From assembly GCF_051953955.1 (NCBI RefSeq), contig NZ_JBQCIF010000015.1, positions 77,017 to 141,016 on the forward strand: a DNA stretch of 64,000 nt, given 5' to 3'. This stretch comes from Trinickia sp. GTDB lineage: Bacteria > Pseudomonadota > Gammaproteobacteria > Burkholderiales > Burkholderiaceae. Below the pieces are notes generated by a model. That model searched no databases and was not told the DNA's origin. It worked only from the letters and a program-made list of their open reading frames with translations. The translations under genes and the position numbers were made by a program. Positions 58,833 through 64,000 of this stretch are shown piece by piece (positions within the stretch are counted from its first letter, which is position 1; each line of letters starts with the position of its first letter).

Positions 58833-60011
58833 TCAGGCCTGCCCCGCCGCAATCGGCTCGACGCGGCGCGGCGCATACGTTTCCCAGCCGCTACAGCCCG
58901 GGCACTGCCAATAGAACAGCCGCGCCCGGAAACCGCAATTTTGGCATGTGTAACGTGGCAAATTTTTGGTGCGCTGCTTGATCAGCGTGCGCATGAGGTC
59001 GAGTTCGGCCCGGCGGGGCTCCTCGGCCGCCTCGATCTGCGCGTCGAGCAGGCGCGTCATGCCGGCCAAGTTGGGCGCCGCTTGCATCTGCTTGCGAGCC
59101 AACGCGTGCGCCGCTTCGGCGCCGCACAGCTGCGCGACGTGCGGATAGGCGACGTCGAGCAGATCGTTCGAGCCGTAATGCTCGACGTAGCCCGCCAGCA
59201 GCGCGGCCCCCTCTTGGGGGCGCGATAGCGCGGCATACGCCTTCATCAGCTTTTCGGCGACGAGCGGCAGGTACGACGGATTCTGCGATTCCACGCGGCG
59301 CCATGCTTCGATGGCCGCCGTCTGATCGCCTCTTGCCGCGGCGACGTCGCCCGCGAGGATCGTCGCTCGGACATTGCTCGGATTGGCGCTCAGGGCAAGC
59401 TCGAGCTGAGCGGCCGCTTCCGCGGCGTCCTTGCGGTGCAGCGCTTCTTGCGCGAGCTCGCAGTGAAATTGGGCGATCTCTTTCGAGAGCGGCTCGCCGC
59501 CCATCGTCTCGAGGCGCCCGGCCGCGTCGATTGCCTTGCCCCACTCTTTCTCGATCTCGTAGATCGTCAGCAGCGCGCGCTGGGCGTCGCGCGCGTACTC
59601 GCCCGCGTCGAGCCTGCCGAGCGCCTCCTCGGCGCGGTCGAGCAGCCCGGCTTTCAGAAAGTCCTGACCGAGCTCGAACAGTGCGTGGTCACGCTCGCTC
59701 GCGGGAAGATCCGCTCGGCTCAGCAGGTTTTGATGGATGCGGATGGCGCGGTCGGTCTCGCCGCGCCGGCGAAACAAGTTGCCGAGCGCAAAGTGCAGCT
59801 CGACCGTTTCCGGGTCGAGTTTGACGACTTCGATGAACGCATCGATCGCTTGGTCGGGCTGTTCGTTCAGCAGAAAGTTCAAGCCGCGAAAGTACGAGCG
59901 CGGCAGGTTCGCACTCTCGGACAGCAGCGCTTTGAGGTCGTAGCGCGAAGCCATCCATCCGAGCGCGAACGCGACGGGAACGACGAGCAGCCACCAAAAA
60001 TCGAGATCCAT
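58833..60011 (-). CDS. lapB: Lipopolysaccharide assembly protein B (YciM)
   Basis: N-terminal TM segment, TPR repeats and a C-terminal rubredoxin-like 'YTCQNCGFRARLFYWQCPGCSGWETY'. Confidence 0.9.
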   Translation of the reverse strand: MDLDFWWLLVVPVAFALGWMASRYDLKALLSESANLPRSYFRGLNFLLNEQPDQAIDAFIEVVKLDPETVELHFALGNLFRRRGETDRAIRIHQNLLSRADLPASERDHALFELGQDFLKAGLLDRAEEALGRLDAGEYARDAQRALLTIYEIEKEWGKAIDAAGRLETMGGEPLSKEIAQFHCELAQEALHRKDAAEAAAQLELALSANPSNVRATILAGDVAAARGDQTAAIEAWRRVESQNPSYLPLVAEKLMKAYAALSRPQEGAALLAGYVEHYGSNDLLDVAYPHVAQLCGAEAAHALARKQMQAAPNLAGMTRLLDAQIEAAEEPRRAELDLMRTLIKQRTKNLPRYTCQNCGFRARLFYWQCPGCSGWETYAPRRVEPIAAGQA

Positions 60012-60058
60012 GCGAAGGTCGGAAAAGCGAGGATGTAAATGCGAGCGACGACACGCGC

Positions 60059-60352
60059 TCAGATGACGGGCGGCATCGGCGGCTCGACGGTGACCGGGGG
60101 CGTCTCTTCACGCGCGGCACGCAGCTCGCGCTTCAAACGCCCGCTCTCGAGCTTGAGCCTCACCACGGCCGGCAGCGCGCTCAGCAGTCCCGCGAGCAAG
60201 CCCACCGCAAAAAAAGCCAAGCCGATCAGGATGAGCGGCGCCTGCCAGACATATCCAGCGAAGTGCAGCGCCGCGTTGTCCTGGTTGGCCAATGCAAGCA
60301 CGAGCAGTACGACGAACACGAGCACGCGCAACACCCAGACGATAAATTTCAT
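60059..60352 (-). CDS. lapA: LapA-family (DUF1049) inner-membrane protein
   Basis: ATG at 60352 gives a 97-aa two-TM protein ('MKFIVWVLRVLVFVVLLVLALAN…LILIGLAFFAVGLLAGLL'), immediately upstream of lapB. The track ORF to 60742 is over-extended. Confidence 0.75.
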   Translation of the reverse strand: MKFIVWVLRVLVFVVLLVLALANQDNAALHFAGYVWQAPLILIGLAFFAVGLLAGLLSALPAVVRLKLESGRLKRELRAAREETPPVTVEPPMPPVI

Positions 60353-60586
60353 AGAGGGTCTCTCGACGACGGCTACGGCCGGTAGGGTCGGTTTACGTGG
60401 GGTCGGTCGGCCGTGGCAATGCGCGGGCGTTGCCGCGAGAAAGCCGATCGCGAACCCACGGCGCCCCTGAACCAAAGTGCCCGTATTGTAATGGAAAGGA
60501 TGCGGAACCGGCCGTGGCGCGGAGCTCCCCGGTTCGGAACGTGCCCGCCGTTCGAGCGAAGCGTCCGCAGATACGCAAGCCGATAT

Positions 60587-60614
60587 GAAAAAAGCGCCCG
60601 AAGGCGCTTTTTTC
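60587..60614 (-). terminator. Rho-independent (bidirectional-looking) terminator after ihfB
   Basis: aaaaaagcgcc-cgaa-ggcgctttttt: a perfect GC stem flanked by an A-run and a T-run, about 100 nt downstream of the ihfB stop. Confidence 0.7.
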
Positions 60615-60716
60615 CCAATCTTTTTGCCGGTCTTCACTGTCGGCGTGGACGACGCAAGGGGCACCGACTTTCCCGTGCCCCGCGCATCGCCCCGAAAAGC
60701 GAGGCATACCGCGAGT

Positions 60717-61040
60717 TCAGAGATCGTCGTCGGTCCGGTCAACCGTCAAAGGCTCACCGGCCCGGCCGTCCACCCGCTCGCGCAATTCCTTGCCGGGTTT
60801 GAAGTGAGGCACGTGCTTTTCGGGCACGAGCACCTTCTCCCCCGATTTCGGATTACGCCCGACGCGGGACGGGCGGCGATTCAGACCGAAGCTGCCGAAG
60901 CCGCGAATTTCGATACGATGCCCTCTGGCCAACGCCTCGGACATCGCATCGAGCATCGTCTTGACCGCGAAATCCGCGTCCTTGAGAACAAGTTGCGGAA
61001 ATCGCGCTGCCAACTGGGCGACCAATTCCGATTTGGTCAT
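60717..61040 (-). CDS. ihfB: Integration host factor subunit beta
   Basis: '[11 protein letters not shown]…[48 protein letters not shown]' is the canonical IHF-beta sequence. Confidence 0.95.
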   Translation of the reverse strand: MTKSELVAQLAARFPQLVLKDADFAVKTMLDAMSEALARGHRIEIRGFGSFGLNRRPSRVGRNPKSGEKVLVPEKHVPHFKPGKELRERVDGRAGEPLTVDRTDDDL

Positions 61041-61063
61041 ACTGCGGCAGACCTCTCAAAGGC

Positions 61064-62776
61064 TTACTGATTCTGGCCGTCGAGCTTGGCCTTGAGCAGC
61101 GCGCCAAGGTTCGTCGTACCCGAAGCCGCGGAGCTCGTGTCAGCCGCCAGGCCGCGCATCGCCTCTTGCTGCTCGGCCGAATCCTTCGCCTTGATCGACA
61201 GGTTGATGCCACGCGACTTGCGATCGATGTTGATGATCATCGCGTTGACCTTGTCGCCTTCCTTCAGCACGTTGCGGGCGTCTTCCACGCGGTCTTGCGC
61301 GATTTCCGAAGCACGCAGGTAGCCTTCGACGTCGGCCGAGAGGGCAACGACCGCACCCTTGGCGTCCACCGACTTCACCGTGCCGTCGACGATCGAACCC
61401 TTATCGTTCAGCGCAACGAAGTTGCTGAACGGATCGCCTTCGAGCTGCTTGATGCCGAGCGAAATGCGTTCCTTCTCGACGTCGATACCGAGCACGACCG
61501 CTTCCACTTCGTCGCCCTTCTTGTACTTGCGAACGGCTTCTTCGCCGGCTTCGCTCCACGACAGATCCGACAGATGGACCAGACCGTCGATGCCGCCGGG
61601 CAGACCGATGAACACGCCGAAGTCGGTGATGGACTTGATGGCGCCCGTGATCTTGTCGCCCTTCTTGAAGTTGCGGCTGAAGTCATCCCACGGATTCGGC
61701 TTGCACTGCTTCATGCCGAGGCTGATACGACGACGGTCTTCGTCGATCTCGAGCACCATGACTTCGACTTCGTCGCCAAGTTGAACGACCTTCGACGGAG
61801 CGACGTTCTTGTTCGTCCAGTCCATTTCCGAAACGTGCACCAAGCCTTCGATGCCCGATTCGACTTCGACGAACGCGCCGTAGTCGGTAATGTTCGTGAC
61901 CTTGCCGAACAGGCGCGTGCCCGACGGATAGCGGCGCGAGATGCCTTCCCACGGATCGTCGCCCAGTTGCTTGATGCCGAGCGAGACGCGGTTCTTCTCT
62001 TGGTCGAACTTGAGGATCTTGGCCGTGACTTCTTGGCCGACCGACAGCACTTCGCTCGGGTGACGCACGCGGCGCCACGCGATGTCGGTGATGTGCAGCA
62101 GGCCGTCGATGCCGCCGAGGTCGACGAACGCACCGTAATCGGTGATGTTCTTGACCACGCCGTTCACGATCGCGCCTTCCTTCAGCGTCTCGAGCAGCTT
62201 CGCGCGCTCTTCGCCTTGCGTCGCCTCGATGACGGCGCGGCGCGACAGCACGACGTTGTTACGCTTGCGGTCGAGCTTGATGACGCGGAATTCGAGCGTC
62301 TTGCCTTCGTACGGCGTCGTGTCCTTGACGGGACGCGTATCGACGAGCGAGCCGGGCAGGAACGCGCGGATGCCGTTGACCATGACCGTCATGCCGCCCT
62401 TGACCTTGCCCGTGATCGTGCCGGTCACGAGCTCGTTGTTGTCGAGCGCCTTTTCCAGCGACAGCCACGAAGCGAGGCGCTTCGCCTTGTCGCGCGACAG
62501 GATCGTATCGCCATAGCCGTTTTCGAGCGCGTCGATCGCGACCGAAACGAAGTCGCCCGCCTGCACTTCTACCTCGCCCGCGTCGTTCAGGAATTCTTCG
62601 AGCGGAATGTAGGCTTCGGACTTGAGACCCGCGTTGACGACCACGAAGTTGTGGTCGACACGCACGACTTCGGCGGAGATCACTTCGCCGGCGCGCATGT
62701 CTTGCTTGGTCAGCGACTCTTCGAAGAGGGCCGCGAAAGATTCGGTATTCGGGTTGGAGGTTTGCAGGTCGGACAT
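61064..62776 (-). CDS. rpsA: 30S ribosomal protein S1
   Basis: 570 aa with six S1 repeats ('…[14 protein letters not shown]…', '…[15 protein letters not shown]…'). Confidence 0.97.
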   Translation of the reverse strand: MSDLQTSNPNTESFAALFEESLTKQDMRAGEVISAEVVRVDHNFVVVNAGLKSEAYIPLEEFLNDAGEVEVQAGDFVSVAIDALENGYGDTILSRDKAKRLASWLSLEKALDNNELVTGTITGKVKGGMTVMVNGIRAFLPGSLVDTRPVKDTTPYEGKTLEFRVIKLDRKRNNVVLSRRAVIEATQGEERAKLLETLKEGAIVNGVVKNITDYGAFVDLGGIDGLLHITDIAWRRVRHPSEVLSVGQEVTAKILKFDQEKNRVSLGIKQLGDDPWEGISRRYPSGTRLFGKVTNITDYGAFVEVESGIEGLVHVSEMDWTNKNVAPSKVVQLGDEVEVMVLEIDEDRRRISLGMKQCKPNPWDDFSRNFKKGDKITGAIKSITDFGVFIGLPGGIDGLVHLSDLSWSEAGEEAVRKYKKGDEVEAVVLGIDVEKERISLGIKQLEGDPFSNFVALNDKGSIVDGTVKSVDAKGAVVALSADVEGYLRASEIAQDRVEDARNVLKEGDKVNAMIINIDRKSRGINLSIKAKDSAEQQEAMRGLAADTSSAASGTTNLGALLKAKLDGQNQ

Positions 62777-62909
62777 AAAAATGCGTCATTGCATGGCTTC
62801 GCGCTGTCAGTGCCGGTCACCACGACCGGGCATGCTGCAAGATCGATCGAACGCCATACGGGGTTGAGGGTGAATACCACGCTTGGGGCCGCCAAAGGCT
62901 CCCAAGCAC

Positions 62910-63584
62910 CTACCGCTCCCTATACCACTTCACCACTTCGTCGACCGCTTGGTCGACCGAAAGGCTCGAGGTATCGAGCAGCATTGCGTCTGCCGCGGGC
63001 TTCAGCGGTGCGACGGCGCGATTGCTGTCGCGTTCGTCGCGCTCGCGCAAATCCCGGAGCAAGTCATCCATATTAGCAGAAAACCCTTTTTGGATCAATT
63101 GCTTATACCGCCGGGCCGCGCGGGCCTCCACGCTGGCCGTCAGAAACACCTTCAAGACGGCATCGGGGAAGATCACCGTGCCCATGTCGCGACCGTCGGC
63201 GACGAGGCCCGGCTCCTTGCGGAAGGCCCGCTGGCGCGCCACGAGTGCCGCGCGCACGCTCTGATGGACGGCGATCGCCGAGGCCCGGTTGCCGATTTCC
63301 TCGGCGCGGATCTCGCTCGAGACATCGACGCCGTCGAGCTGCGCGCACCCTTCCCGAAACGTGATGTGCAAGTCGTTCACGAGGACGGCCAGTGCTTCGG
63401 CATCGCTCGCCGCGATGCCGTAACGCACACTGGCGAGCGCCGCGAGCCGATACAGCGCGCCGCTGTCGAGCAAGTGAAAGCCCAGTTGAGCGGCCACGAG
63501 CGCCGCGACGGTCCCTTTGCCGGACGCAGTCGGGCCGTCGATGGCGATGACGGGAGTCTGGTGAAACGGGCGAGTCGGTTTCAT
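62910..63584 (-). CDS. cmk: Cytidylate kinase
   Basis: '[16 protein letters not shown]' P-loop and typical cmk-rpsA synteny. I prefer the ATG at 63584. Confidence 0.9.
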   Translation of the reverse strand: MKPTRPFHQTPVIAIDGPTASGKGTVAALVAAQLGFHLLDSGALYRLAALASVRYGIAASDAEALAVLVNDLHITFREGCAQLDGVDVSSEIRAEEIGNRASAIAVHQSVRAALVARQRAFRKEPGLVADGRDMGTVIFPDAVLKVFLTASVEARAARRYKQLIQKGFSANMDDLLRDLRERDERDSNRAVAPLKPAADAMLLDTSSLSVDQAVDEVVKWYRER

Positions 63585-63684
63585 GTCGGTACGCGCCGAG
63601 CCGCCCCGCGCGTGCCGCTCGCCCCTGCGGGGCACGGCGAACGCAGCGAGCGGGCGGACGCTGAATCAAAAAATAGGGGGCAGA

Positions 63685-64000
63685 TCAACTGACGAGCGCC
63701 TTGAAACGGTCGAAATAGTCGGGGAACGTCTTGCCGACGCACTTCGGATCGTTGATCCGCACCGGGACGCCGCCGAGCGAAACGAGCGAGAAGCACATCG
63801 CCATGCGGTGATCGTCGTAGGTGTCGATCGCGGCGTTCGGTGTCAGCCGGGCCGGCGGCGTCACGACGAGAAAATCCTCGCCCTCCTCGATCGTCGCGCC
63901 GACCTTGCGCAGTTCCGTCGCCATCGCCGCGATCCGGTCGGTCTCCTTCACGCGCCAGCTCGCGATGTTGCGCAAGGTCGTCGTGCCGCGCGCGAACAGA
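63685..64000 (-). CDS. aroA: 3-phosphoshikimate 1-carboxyvinyltransferase, 3' end only (truncated by window edge)
   Basis: '…[31 protein letters not shown]…[18 protein letters not shown]…[15 protein letters not shown]' is the EPSP synthase C-terminus. Confidence 0.9.
   Translation of the reverse strand, partial: LFARGTTTLRNIASWRVKETDRIAAMATELRKVGATIEEGEDFLVVTPPARLTPNAAIDTYDDHRMAMCFSLVSLGGVPVRINDPKCVGKTFPDYFDRFKALVS

Overview
This is a 64-kb, high-GC (about two-thirds G+C by eye) Burkholderia-like (Burkholderiaceae) chromosomal segment. No tRNA, rRNA, CRISPR array, transposase or integrase was recognised.

Core content:
- A complete histidine-utilisation cluster, hutH-hutC-hutU-hutD-hutI-hutF-hutG, with a perfect palindromic HutC-type operator upstream.
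- A beta-oxidation module: a LysR regulator, a fadB-like bifunctional enzyme and two tandem acyl-CoA dehydrogenases.
- The divergent pair lrp/dadA, and etfBA.
- A conserved envelope/housekeeping block: mltB, cysM, comEA, hldD, hldA, ugd, lapB, lapA, ihfB, rpsA, cmk and aroA.

The main accessory region is a roughly 13-kb minus-strand segment (31.9-44.9 kb). It holds a two-partner-secretion / contact-dependent-inhibition (CDI) locus in the order cdiB, an unassigned 314-aa lipoprotein, cdiA (2631 aa), and a small two-TM immunity candidate.
- The CdiA C-terminus is a Gly/Ala/Ser-rich, glycine-zipper-like domain, probably membrane-active. It and the immunity gene are clearly lower in GC than the rest of the locus.
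- Directly downstream lies a frameshifted orphan copy of the cdiA pretoxin/CT junction.
- Next comes a lower-GC operon of three lipoproteins (CsgG-like, DUF4810-like, DUF799-like).

Other points of interest:
- A LuxR-type solo with an AT-rich upstream region and no synthase gene.
- An orphan HigA antitoxin.
- A LysR gene with a degenerate C-terminus.
- An atypically long PBP1-like protein.
- Several short tandem repeats.

Many long alternative-frame and antisense ORFs in the track are high-GC artefacts and were not called.
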